This document shows positions 22,278 to 32,098 of a stretch of DNA of 64,000 nucleotides, one piece after another. The notes under the pieces were generated by a model. The model saw only the letters and a program-made list of their open reading frames with translations, was not told the DNA's origin and searched no databases. A program made the translations under genes and the position numbers. Location of the stretch: assembly GCA_004764695.1 (NCBI GenBank), contig SMSO01000025.1:3224001-3288000 (forward strand), written 5' to 3'. The stretch's first letter is position 1; the number at the start of each line of letters is the position of its first letter. The stretch comes from Schizochytrium sp. TIO01 (lineage: Eukaryota; Protista; Bigyra: Labyrinthulomycetes).

Positions 22278-22459
22278 GGTTGAGTGCAGAGATATAGTTT
22301 TTTTTAATCGGTTCGCTGCACCTACCCTGGAGTGGACAAAAGAAGAGCTGGCCAAGGAGTGAAAGCAGACAAATACCTTTCTCGACCACGTATTTGTCGC
22401 GAGAAGAGAAGCGTGCGCTGCTCCACAAGATGGATGGTTAAAACTCGCTGTAGCCGGCT

Positions 22460-23332
22460 ATGGCTCAAAAGCATATCGTGGCCGCTTCGTCGGGCAATAG
22501 CGTCGCCTGTAGTGAAATCAAAACAATGGGAGAGAGCTCTTCGTATTGCGCCGACGATTGAGCTGACGAGAGTGCGTATGTATCGACTTACTCCAAAGGA
22601 AAGTTTTCTACCGAAACCTTGCAAGGACCAAAGAGAAAGAGGAGGGGCATAGAACTCCCTCATCACATCCAAGAAGCAAGATCTCGTTTGGAAAAACTTA
22701 TAAAGACAGACAACGAAAGTATGCCTCACAAAAGTTTTTTAGAAGCCTTTTTCAAACCCCAAGTTGAACTCATGAAGGAAAATGAAGAACTTAAGCAGAA
22801 GAACCTGAGGTACGAGTTTTTTGAAAGATGGAACGACACAATTCGTGAATCATATACGATTATTCGACACTCTTTGCAAGGAGAATACATGAAGCAAACA
22901 GGGAGGGACAAAGACATTACTTCTGTGTTTAGAGATTTCTCAAACCAGCGCGCAGACGAGGTGGATAACAGATTTGCGCTAGACATTAGTCAGAAAACAC
23001 GTCAGACCCCTGATACCATCCGCAATTTTATGGAAAGACCAGATAAAGATTGGGTTACCACTTCCGAGGGTAGAAAATTCATGGACCAACGAAGTATTCA
23101 TGTCCATCTACAACCCGTATACGACTTGAAGAAATTGGCAGGCAAAGAAGTCAACAAAGATGATGTAGCGCAACTTTTCTTTGAAAAAAAGCAAGAAGCA
23201 TTAGAAAAATACAGGGAGCTCTACAACAAGGAAAAGGACGTACAATTCAAGGTATTGGAAATGCAAGTCGATTCTTTTAAAAAATCAGGAATTGAAGTTC
23301 TCGACTGCAACCCCTCACCTAATAACACATAA
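22460..23332 (+). pseudogene. Hypothetical helical/coiled-coil protein, with an in-frame TGA at 22559 if started from ATG 22460
   Basis: ATG 22460 is in frame with ORF 22619-23332; K/E-rich protein. Confidence 0.5.
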
Positions 23333-23346
23333 TCAATTTCTATCTT

Positions 23347-23655
23347 TCAAGATTTCCAGCTTACGTGCAATTTGTCTTCATTGCGCATGACCACAAAGCC
23401 CTTTGCTACAAGTGTGCGCTTGATAGCCTTTGCAAGCACAATTGGGTCTGTGCAAGATCCATCCAAGACCAGGCTTGGAGCAGTAAAGCTTAGTTCATTA
23501 TAACCTTGTCTCGCAAGAGATCGGATGAGTCGGTAAACTCGTCGCATGGTAAGGGTGTAATTAATGTCGACTCCCGACCGGTTCTCCGGGACCATGGCAC
23601 GAGCCATCGAAGCAGACAACTCGGAATCTTCATTTTCTAAAGCTCCGCGAATCAT
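23347..23655 (-). CDS. Small giant-virus-type protein, DUF5759-like
   Basis: Y..TMRRVYRLIR...ELSFTAPSLV...D...LAKAIKRTLVAKGFVV....KLHVSW matches the remembered NCLDV pattern I...IK...F.VP......D......I...L...GF.V......L.ISW. Confidence 0.6.
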   Translation of the reverse strand: MIRGALENEDSELSASMARAMVPENRSGVDINYTLTMRRVYRLIRSLARQGYNELSFTAPSLVLDGSCTDPIVLAKAIKRTLVAKGFVVMRNEDKLHVSWKS

Positions 23656-23748
23656 GAATTGTTTTTTTAGTTACACTAACCCAAATGATATTTTTTAAAC
23701 AGAAAGACTTTCTAAACTCCAAGTACGAGGTTTTTTAGTGAGTGTAAA

Positions 23749-24755
23749 ATGTCTTTCAGTGCTTCGGAAATTGAAGAACGCCTGCGTACAGCAGGTTTGA
23801 TTAAAAATCATGAAAAAATGCTTGTGTCTATGTCTAATCTCTCAGACTTCCTGAAATACATTGTGATTAGCCAACAATCTGCCGTAGCGCTGATTCCGTG
23901 CGCCTAAACATTGCTTTCTTTCACGCAGAACCAACGGCCCGTATGTTGCACGACGTTATATTCATTCGAGGCTCAATTCGGATGGACGCAGAGAACACAC
24001 GCAGTAGGAAAAGCCCCCTGCCAGCATGTGTAGTTCGTCTAGGTGCACCACGCGAGGAAGCCCCTAAAGCACACTTTTTTAGCACCAGCGAAGCCTCTGA
24101 AGTTATGATTAAAAACTGGGGAGGGGCGGCATCGTTCGCATACCTGATTATGCGCGAAATGGCACCCACCACAGAGAATGATAGAGAAGATATACCAATC
24201 ACAGACGGAGGAGCTTCCAGCTCTTACTCGTCTTGCATGACAGGAAGCGGCGACCAAGTTATCGAAACGCATCCAGTGCTTTATAGCAAATTGCACGAGC
24301 TTTTTCAATTTGATTCAGACCCCTGTCCTGTATTCCCTAAGCAAGACGCAATGACAAGCTCCTGGGGGAAACGGGCTTATTTAAACGCACCCTTCAACTA
24401 TGCAGCGGGTTTCGCCTCTCGAGCAGCCAACCTAGCCAAAGAAGAGGGTACAGTTACATTCATGCTAGCACCTGCTCGCACCGGTACCTTTTGGGTTAGA
24501 CACCTTTCTCAAAGTGGCATGCTACGTGCTATTGTATCACTTTACGGACATGCTCCATTTAAAGGACATAAAAATGGAATGATGCACGCCCTTATGCTTC
24601 TTATTATCGCGCCGCCTTGCCTGGGAGACACACAAACACTATTCCTTACCTGGGACCCCAACATTACCAACGCCCGGCGCAAAACCAAAATGAGGGACAC
24701 CTTCCCCCAGGCTCTTAATGGGTTGCTTCAGACGACGACACAGCAGCAGAAGTAG
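23749..24755 (+). pseudogene. Phage-Dam-like DNA N6-adenine methyltransferase (PF05869-like) with an extra N-terminal half-domain; one frameshift at about 23897
   Basis: FQFDSDPCP...DAMTSSWG.RAYLNAPF...MLAPARTGTFW...FKG...MLLI; ATG 23749 frame ends ...VALIPCA*, and one added base gives VALIPVRLNIAFFH. Confidence 0.65.
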
Positions 24756-25158
24756 TCGACGAATCGGTAAACTGAGACCAAGGGAATTTGGCGTCATCGG
24801 CACTACGCAGAAGCGTAAGACTCGAATTCAGAGTAACAAGGTGAAACAATGCTGCAGCGGTCTGAGAAGACAGCGGGGACTGCTTATACTTGTCCTGGTC
24901 TCCTTTGATTGCATGTTTGACTAGACGTGCAATTGCAATGGCTCCTTCAAACATCACAAAAATTGCTTGAATTCCTACCATCAACTGAATTGCAGACTTG
25001 ACTTCTTCTCCTTGAAGCAAATGTGTAAACACAAGCGTACTCATAAGCACCAATAACATTGAATACGCAACGAAGGTCATACGAAGAACAAATAAATGAT
25101 CATGATTAGAGTTCTTTCTTTCGCAAGTATAAAACAAACTTGTTCTTATGAGGTGCAT
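24715..25158 (-). CDS. Hypothetical membrane protein (2-3 TM segments)
   Basis: Hydrophobic stretches FVAYSMLLVLMSTLVF and LMVGIQAIFVMFEGAIAIA. Confidence 0.5.
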   Translation of the reverse strand: MHLIRTSLFYTCERKNSNHDHLFVLRMTFVAYSMLLVLMSTLVFTHLLQGEEVKSAIQLMVGIQAIFVMFEGAIAIARLVKHAIKGDQDKYKQSPLSSQTAAALFHLVTLNSSLTLLRSADDAKFPWSQFTDSSTTSAAVSSSEATH

Positions 25159-25170
25159 CTGAAAAAAACT

Positions 25171-25806
25171 TCATTGAGGCAGTGCTAGCGGGCGAGGGCA
25201 AGACACGGACTCCAGCCGCTCCAGGGCCTCACTGCAGATCTCTGCCGGGGACCGATTTGCCATACACGCTTGGACCGGATCAAAAGATCGATACAATTCT
25301 CCGCGGAGGCGGGCAGCGGCTCCAACATCTTCCGCCTTGCACGCAACAAGATACTGCTTGTAAGCATCTGTACGTTTCATACCCTTTTCAAATCCAAACG
25401 TCTCACAAGCACTGAGCGTTGTGCGATTACTTACGAGCTTGTAATGCCGGAAGAAACCATCTAAATTGTCCATAAGTAAAAGTCCAGCTAGGATGGATAA
25501 AAGCAAACGAACATGCACATCTCCCCACAGCAACGCAAAAAATAGTATGCTTGCGTCTAGGGAAATGCTTAATTGAATCGGGAAAACGACAGACCAAAAA
25601 GAAAGATAGTCTCGGTTAACCTGTACAACCCCCACAGCAACGAAACCAGCTATAATCAACAAGGAACCAAGCATAAATTGATTGACACGATCAGACAAGA
25701 TAAATGAAGGTCTGCTTTGATGCGCAGTACCCCTGCGAGACCGCGAAAAATACTCCAACAAGTTTGAGGGTGACTTTGATTCGCTATTATTTTGATCAAT
25801 TGACAT
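25171..25806 (-). CDS. Hypothetical membrane protein (3 TM segments, Cys-containing C-terminus)
   Basis: Intact 211-aa ORF with an A-rich ATG context and three hydrophobic segments. Confidence 0.6.
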   Translation of the reverse strand: MSIDQNNSESKSPSNLLEYFSRSRRGTAHQSRPSFILSDRVNQFMLGSLLIIAGFVAVGVVQVNRDYLSFWSVVFPIQLSISLDASILFFALLWGDVHVRLLLSILAGLLLMDNLDGFFRHYKLVSNRTTLSACETFGFEKGMKRTDAYKQYLVACKAEDVGAAARLRGELYRSFDPVQACMANRSPAEICSEALERLESVSCPRPLALPQ

Positions 25807-25848
25807 CTTTATGTTTTACTTGCTTACTTAGGAAGTCTAAAAAACCTT

Positions 25849-26949
25849 TCATTTTGGGTTCTTAGAAGCCGGGGTCTTAGGAGCATTCAAGACAAGCTCA
25901 TCACCACTCCTTTCACCCCCCTCTTCGTCAGACGCTTCGTTGCTAGACGCTTTGTCGCCGGGCCGTTCGTTATCACTTACTAACGTGGCATCTTCTGCTT
26001 GTCTTTCTTGTGGTGAATCCACTACGCTGGAACTGCTTTCTAAGGCATCTTCCCGTGGTGCCCTCTTTTCCTTAGAAACAATCTCGATCATATCTTCCCA
26101 TTCTTTCTGCAGTGAACCAACATGTTTCTTGACGACTGTGTCCCGAATTGAATTTTTCAGGTTATTCTTAAAGAGAGTGTAAACATTGAATACCCCCGAA
26201 ACAATAGACTCACTAGAAGCGAAGTCGAAGTCATTCGGAATACCCCCAGGGACCTTGAAACTCACGTAATCTTGAAGCATTTTTCGATTTCGAATGAATT
26301 ACGCGTCGGATTAAAGTACGCTCTCAAGAAGGCCAAGCGCTGTTCCTTGTTTTTGTCGCGACGATTTGTCGAGCGATAATGAAACGGACGAGGATTCATA
26401 TTCTTAAAATCCAGATGTATAAAGACTTTATTGGCTCGGTTCTTTTCGATCATCACATCAATGATCTTTTGGTGAAGTTCCTCTAGGTTTGCATCAGCAG
26501 CAGGACTGTTGTGAGGCAACACAGAGGAAGGATCGCGACCTTCATCTTCATCACTTTCGTTATCACTGGCAACCCCTGGTACGCATTGCACACACTTGTA
26601 CAATGTAGAGACCAGTAAAATGTTGATATCATTGCAGCAATCACACACAAAACACCAGGGGTTACAATGTGCCTGATGTTCTTAAAAATCAGTCCCGAAA
26701 AATCGCGCATGCTTATGAAATGGCGAATTAAAAGATGGGATTTCGGAATTCAAAGCCCTGTAAAAGAATCAAACTAAAAGTATTCATTGGGTGTACGATA
26801 TTCTTTTCTGGGTAGTGAATCTTCGCGTCACAGTCTCCAAGTAGATCAATAGAGACTTCGTTACCAATTCTGCCATAGCTGATTTCCTTGAATGAAAAGG
26901 GCCAAAGCGTAAATCGCAGGTCTATGCAAATGGTACACTGGTGGTAAAA
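25849..26949 (-). pseudogene. 5'-truncated, multiply frameshifted Cys-rich (CxxC) protein with acidic tail
   Basis: Successive frames: FYHQCTICIDLRF...(from 26949), MRDFSGLIFKNIRHIVTPGV, CDCCND...KCVQC..., MLQDYVSF...SNEASDEEGG. Confidence 0.5.
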
Positions 26950-27049
26950 TCACGAAAAACAAAATATCAAGTTGTTTTATTTTGTTTTAGATACAAAGGA
27001 CACTAATCTTGAAATACAATCTCAACATCTCAGCGCACGCGTGGTAGTC

Positions 27050-28389
27050 ATGGCGGATCAGAGTGAACACGGGCATTCTCATGGGGACGACATGGACCTT
27101 GCAAGAGCCGAGGCCATTGAAGAGGAAGATGCGCACTTCAACGAAGTTTTGCACGGGTTCATGACATATGAAATGGACATGCTGGAGGTGCTGGGCCGTC
27201 GTGAGCGCAACGTGAAGCGTGTCCCCGAGCTAGTGCAGATGTTGCCTGGTGGTAAAGATGGCCTTGAACAGAAATACAACGATCTCCGGACGGCTGTTCG
27301 TAAAAACCAAAACTTTTTCAACGAGGTCGTTGAGAACTGCAAGGGGCGTGCGAAACTAGCCCGCTTGCCCAGTCTCTCGACACAAATTAGAAATCTCACC
27401 AAGGTCCGGAGCACGCTTCACCAATGCGCCCGGGAGTGGTCTGCCGAAGGCCAAGAGGAGCGCGATAAGTGTTTCGCACCGCTTCTAAAGTGGCTTCAGG
27501 AGTACGTTGAGGCTGGTACTGAAGGCAATAAACGCGTTCTCGTGCCAGGCGCTGGCCTTGGCAGACTTCTTGCAGAGGTAGTCGGTCTTGGGTACAGCTG
27601 CGAGGGCAATGAGTTCTCCTATCAGATGCTCGTAACGAGTGAGTATATTTTAAATGTGATGCAGAGCTCCGACCCTTCACGGCAGCTCCAAATTCATCCT
27701 TGTAAGTTCATAAATGTTGATATCAATATCCCATTATGTTAGTTAATGGTTGATGTTCAATTAAATGTTTCTATTGCGCGAAATCATGTCCTCTAACCTT
27801 CAACATACCCAAATGCTTCTGCCGATTGCACGCTATTTTTTTTAACGGGCTGTTTCTCATAAATATAGGGATTCATAACCCTTCGAATGTGGTGAAGAAC
27901 GAGGATGCATGCAGAACAGTTAGCATACCTGATATCGCAGCAACAGAAATTCTCTACCGCAACCCAAACAACAAGGCAGAGATGAGCATGTGTGCCGGTG
28001 AGTTCTTGCTTGTGTATGGCAAGGATGTAGAAAAATGGGACTCTGTTGTCACGTGTTTCTTCATTGACACTGCCCCAAATGTTCTTGAATATCTCAAGGT
28101 TATTCACCGCTGCTTGAAACCTGGTGGTGTTTGGATCAATGGTGGACCTCTTCTGTGGCACTGGCAAAACAGTGGTCCACGTTCTGCCAGCGAGGGTGCT
28201 TCTGAAGGTCAAGATGAGCGTTACGAGACCTCAATTGAACTTTCGTGGGAGGAAGTTAAGGCTGTTGCAGAACGAGTTGGCTTCGAATTCCGCGATGAAC
28301 TCAGACAAGTTATTGGTTACAACACCAACGCCTCGAGCATGTCGCAGTCCGTCTATCATATTGTGCAGTCTGTGGCGGTGAAAAAGTAG
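27050..28389 (+). CDS. CARNMT1: Carnosine N-methyltransferase / N2227-like SAM methyltransferase, 2 exons (27050-27701, 27869-28389)
   Basis: KVRSTLHQCAREWSAEG, VLVPGAGLGRL, GNEFSYQM, VVTCFFIDTAPN, WINGGPLLWH; GT-AG intron restores IHP-W-IHN. Confidence 0.88.
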
Positions 28390-29221
28390 ATTTTTCGCTC
28401 TCGATTGGTTTGCTCTTATTTGAAGAATGAAGCAAATATTTGGATGGTAGCTTGGTTAATTCGAACTTATTATAAGAAAAGCGATAGCAGATTTACGAAA
28501 AATATGACTCTGGCACTGTTTTTCTTTCTTGATTTGAAGCTTTCATGTATGTTTCTTTTGAGGGCTTAAAGCCTAGCTGTCTTTTCCAGTTTTTCTTATA
28601 GTAGTTTTAAAAGCAAGCGTTTTGAAATTCATTCTTGAAGGAACTTCACTAAAACAACATCAATTTATTCTTTTTATTTCTTTTCTCTAAAGTTGAATAA
28701 TCTTCCTGACCCAAGTCAGGAAGAAATCATTGAAAATGCCAAAAACGAAATTCTCAGCATAATTTTATTTCTAAACAGCGTGAGTTACGATACTTGAGGA
28801 TTCCGCAAAACAAAAGAAAGACCTTTACTTTAGAAGGGCCAGAAAACAATTGTTAGAGCGTCATCGTATTTGTCAAATGACCGCTGGAAAGAAGCTGAAT
28901 ACCACTTTTTTTTCCTTTTATAAATGATTAAAATCAGTATAATTTGATATTGTAATGAAGACGCAAGTGCCCAGCGAGGCTTTTAAATCTTTAAAATATA
29001 TATAGAAGAAAGAGAGTTTTACGTAATAAGAGGGTAAATAACACAGAGAAATCTCTTTGACATCCACTTATGTTTCTTATTCATCATCATCGACAACAGC
29101 ACCACTATTATCGTCATCGTCGTTTCTATGGCCCTAAAGAAGCAGGAAGAAAAGCGAAGGAGCCTGCATCATGATTCTATTTTGCTGAACTGAAAAAAGA
29201 GTGCGAATAGGGTCTTCTCTC

Positions 29222-32098
29222 TTACTGATAGTAAGGACTTCCGCCGTAGCGTGCCTCCGGAGTACCTTGTTCACGGAAATGGCGAATAAGATCTGTCAAG
29301 GTGGTTGCTGGGGGTAAAAGAATAAGACCAGTCCGGAATTCTTCAAAGTGGATTTTGCCGTCCATATAAGCGTCTTCGAGGGTATCCATCCATTCGAGGA
29401 GCGCTTGGAGCTCCTCATCTGAAGCAGTCTGTTCTAATTTGCCCTCATCTCGAGCCCACTTGAGATCACGCAGAGAAATCACACCGTCGCGATCACGGTC
29501 AATAGAATCAAACATTTGTTTGAGCTCCTCCTCGCGTCGTTTGAGAAAGTTGAGAAACTCTGGCATTGACACACGGCCATTGTTGTTCACATCAGCAGCC
29601 TGAAGGGTAGCACGGACAATACTGCTTGCTGCCGGAATACGCAGCGAGGTCATGGCATTTGCAAGTTCCTCCTCACTAAACCCATCTGTATTAGGGGGAG
29701 CAAGACGCAAGAAGAGACCCTCATGGCTCAGATGACAACCTACAATGATTGGCATTTTACCCCCTGTTTCATTGGTGTCAAAGTCTTCCAAGTCAAAGAG
29801 ATTACCCATGGCGATACCTGAATCACTAAAGCTACCAATTGAATACGAATCGAATGCCTGATAATGGTCAGAGTCTGAGGCAGCAGCGTTCGATGCAGCT
29901 GACGAAGGCACAGCACTCTTCCCTAGATGTTTGCCAAGACCAAATACACCATTCAGACCAAAGCCACCTGCACCAGCGTCTGGGCCGGTGCTATGCAGTG
30001 CTTGATGGTGGTTCTGTATTCCGTTTGCAGAGGCATGATGGGACGCATTGCTGTCAGGAGGCAAGCCTGAGCGTAGCGGATGAGAATTGAGCGGAATTTG
30101 AGTGCTGTTTTGGTTTCGCAAAGTAGATCCAAACAAATGAGAATGAGACGTTTGTTGTTGAGGATGAGATGTTTTGCCCGGAAGACCACCAAGATTGGTG
30201 CCCCTATCAATATTTGACACACCTGGTCCAATACTGTTTGGATGGGTTGACGCTTCATTGCCAGAATGAGCGTGTAATGAGCCAACGTTATGCTGACCTT
30301 GTGTCCGGTGCGTATTCCCATGAGAACCTGCGTAAAAGTTGTTTGTTGATGTGTGGTACGGTGTGGTGTTGGTATTATTACTCGACGTTGATGAAGTATC
30401 GTATTGGTTTGCGTGATGGTGGCCTCCAAGGTTTGTTTCATGAGCAGACGTGGTGTAGATTCGTTTCTGTAATGGTCCAGATGATGCAGCGCTCACCTCG
30501 GAACCATCATCAGTGCTTGTACGACGTCGTTTGGATGCGCTGCGCACCATCAACTCTCGCTTGATTTCTTTCAGCATACTAAGCACGCGGCGTGTTGTTT
30601 GTGGATCTACATCCTCCATTCCTTGCATAATGGAAGCAGCAGCATGCTCTTCCTCTGTGATATTACTTGACTTGAGCTGTGAGAGAACAGACTGCAAGAC
30701 ATCTTCAATACTCTGCAAACCACCAGTTGAATTCATGTTCCCCGAGTTGGCAATGTGAAGCAACTTGTGTCCACCATCAGCCATTGCACGCTTCCGGTTC
30801 TCTTCGGCTTTTTGAGCTTCCATCCCAGCACCAGGCACGCCAAGAGCTCGATTACGGTTTCCCATGAGCTTCGGTGGTGGCATGGAACCGGTTGCGGACG
30901 CCGAGGAGAGTGAGGAAACAGATGCAGAGGCAGCTGACGAAGAGAGGGACGATGATGACGACGACGGATGCATAGCAGCCTTATTTGGCATGCCAGAGGG
31001 GGGCTCTGCTTTGATACCCGAGCTCTTGAGGGAGCTAAAGCCAGAATGTGGTCTTACGGCCGATCCTGACGTAAGAGCATCAACAATTGGATCATTAGGC
31101 CAAAGATGACCGCTATTCGTGTGAGCTGCAGATGTTCCACCAATAGTCTTAGCAGAGTTTGATGTAGAATTGGCATTAGAATTATTGCTTGCAGGAGGCG
31201 GTGCTCCAAGGCCCGGTCTTCCTGAGATTGAACCATTTTGATTAACCTGAGAAGCTACCCTATTAAATTGCGACTGTGCAGGCCCCGGAGGAGAATGTGT
31301 TGCATGGTTTTGTGCTGAGCCAGGGATAACTACATTGTTAGTATTAGAGTCTGATGATGGAGCTCGCATAGCAGCGGGCGGTGCTGCCAGGGGTTTCGCA
31401 GAAAGTGGATTGATGGTTTGACCTGGACCGCTGTTTCTTGGCGAGGCTGCAGCAATGGAAGCAGCGTTACCTCCACCAAGCCATTCGCGAACACTACCAC
31501 GCATGTTTGTATCAACGCGATGAGGTTCGTCGCGCAATATTTCCATGAGTGCGTTCTGCACCGCTGGGTAAAAAATTCCAAGGTAGAGGCGGCCATTTGG
31601 TCGGTGCTGCTCCTTTTGCAAGTCACCATTGAGCATGCCGAGAGCGCGGCGGAATGCAGCAGAAATATTGTCGAGCCATCCACTGCCAGGGTGCTGCAGG
31701 TTGCCGTCCGGACGAACAGGATAAACTTGAAACATAGGAACATCAGTTGCTTGCATACCAGGAGTAGAGAACTGCACCTCTGCGATCCACACATAGTTGC
31801 TTGCTTCAAAGACAACTTTGAATCCATTTGGCACGAGTTTAACAGCGCCCTTTTCGTTTTGAAAGTTGTGCATGCCGGTGACGCGGCCCCAATCGAGAAC
31901 ATAGGTTACTTTGCGGCAACCACGAACGGGAACACGAGCCTTTTCCAAGGTAGTGCCGTGTCTTTGGCAAGCTCGTTCAAGGCGATCTTTGAAGTCCCGC
32001 TTAGCCGCTCGACCTTTGCGCAAGTCGTTCGACGGGGATCTCTGTTGCATAAAAACACCCCCCGAGGGCGATGTTGCGGGATAGCCAATGCCATACAT
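29222..32098 (-). CDS. FYR-like domain + long low-complexity region + C-terminal EF-hand domain protein
   Basis: N-terminal VLDWGRV..FQN..LVPNGF...PMFQV...NGRLYLGIFYPAVQNALMEI (FYRN/FYRC-like); EF-hands DVNNNGRVSMPEF, DRDRDGVISLRDL, DGKIHFEEF; KRRR. Confidence 0.75.
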   Translation of the reverse strand: MYGIGYPATSPSGGVFMQQRSPSNDLRKGRAAKRDFKDRLERACQRHGTTLEKARVPVRGCRKVTYVLDWGRVTGMHNFQNEKGAVKLVPNGFKVVFEASNYVWIAEVQFSTPGMQATDVPMFQVYPVRPDGNLQHPGSGWLDNISAAFRRALGMLNGDLQKEQHRPNGRLYLGIFYPAVQNALMEILRDEPHRVDTNMRGSVREWLGGGNAASIAAASPRNSGPGQTINPLSAKPLAAPPAAMRAPSSDSNTNNVVIPGSAQNHATHSPPGPAQSQFNRVASQVNQNGSISGRPGLGAPPPASNNSNANSTSNSAKTIGGTSAAHTNSGHLWPNDPIVDALTSGSAVRPHSGFSSLKSSGIKAEPPSGMPNKAAMHPSSSSSSLSSSAASASVSSLSSASATGSMPPPKLMGNRNRALGVPGAGMEAQKAEENRKRAMADGGHKLLHIANSGNMNSTGGLQSIEDVLQSVLSQLKSSNITEEEHAAASIMQGMEDVDPQTTRRVLSMLKEIKRELMVRSASKRRRTSTDDGSEVSAASSGPLQKRIYTTSAHETNLGGHHHANQYDTSSTSSNNTNTTPYHTSTNNFYAGSHGNTHRTQGQHNVGSLHAHSGNEASTHPNSIGPGVSNIDRGTNLGGLPGKTSHPQQQTSHSHLFGSTLRNQNSTQIPLNSHPLRSGLPPDSNASHHASANGIQNHHQALHSTGPDAGAGGFGLNGVFGLGKHLGKSAVPSSAASNAAASDSDHYQAFDSYSIGSFSDSGIAMGNLFDLEDFDTNETGGKMPIIVGCHLSHEGLFLRLAPPNTDGFSEEELANAMTSLRIPAASSIVRATLQAADVNNNGRVSMPEFLNFLKRREEELKQMFDSIDRDRDGVISLRDLKWARDEGKLEQTASDEELQALLEWMDTLEDAYMDGKIHFEEFRTGLILLPPATTLTDLIRHFREQGTPEARYGGSPYYQ

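Larger units (their letters stand above)
21664..26950. mobile_element. Putative endogenous large-DNA-virus fragment (NCLDV- or mirusvirus-like), decaying
   Basis: About 7 intronless ORFs with very short spacers, DUF5759-like and phage-Dam-like genes, several frameshifts or stops, and a 5'-truncated terminal gene; no capsid, polymerase or integrase seen. Confidence 0.6.

Noticed and set aside
17845-26770. Possible terminal inverted repeats (CTTTTCAGGGC versus GCCCTGTAAAAG) bounding the island
   Set aside because: The match is short and imperfect, and the right copy lies inside a coding-like frame rather than at the junction.
18197-26950. Island as a Polinton/Maverick or Fanzor/transposase element
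   Set aside because: No pPolB, integrase, packaging ATPase, capsid, RuvC or DDE motifs are recognisable.
28701-28724. 10-bp hairpin TCTTCCTGAC-ccaa-GTCAGGAAGA as a terminator
   Set aside because: Eukaryotic Pol II context with no U-tract; a single short hairpin is plausible by chance.
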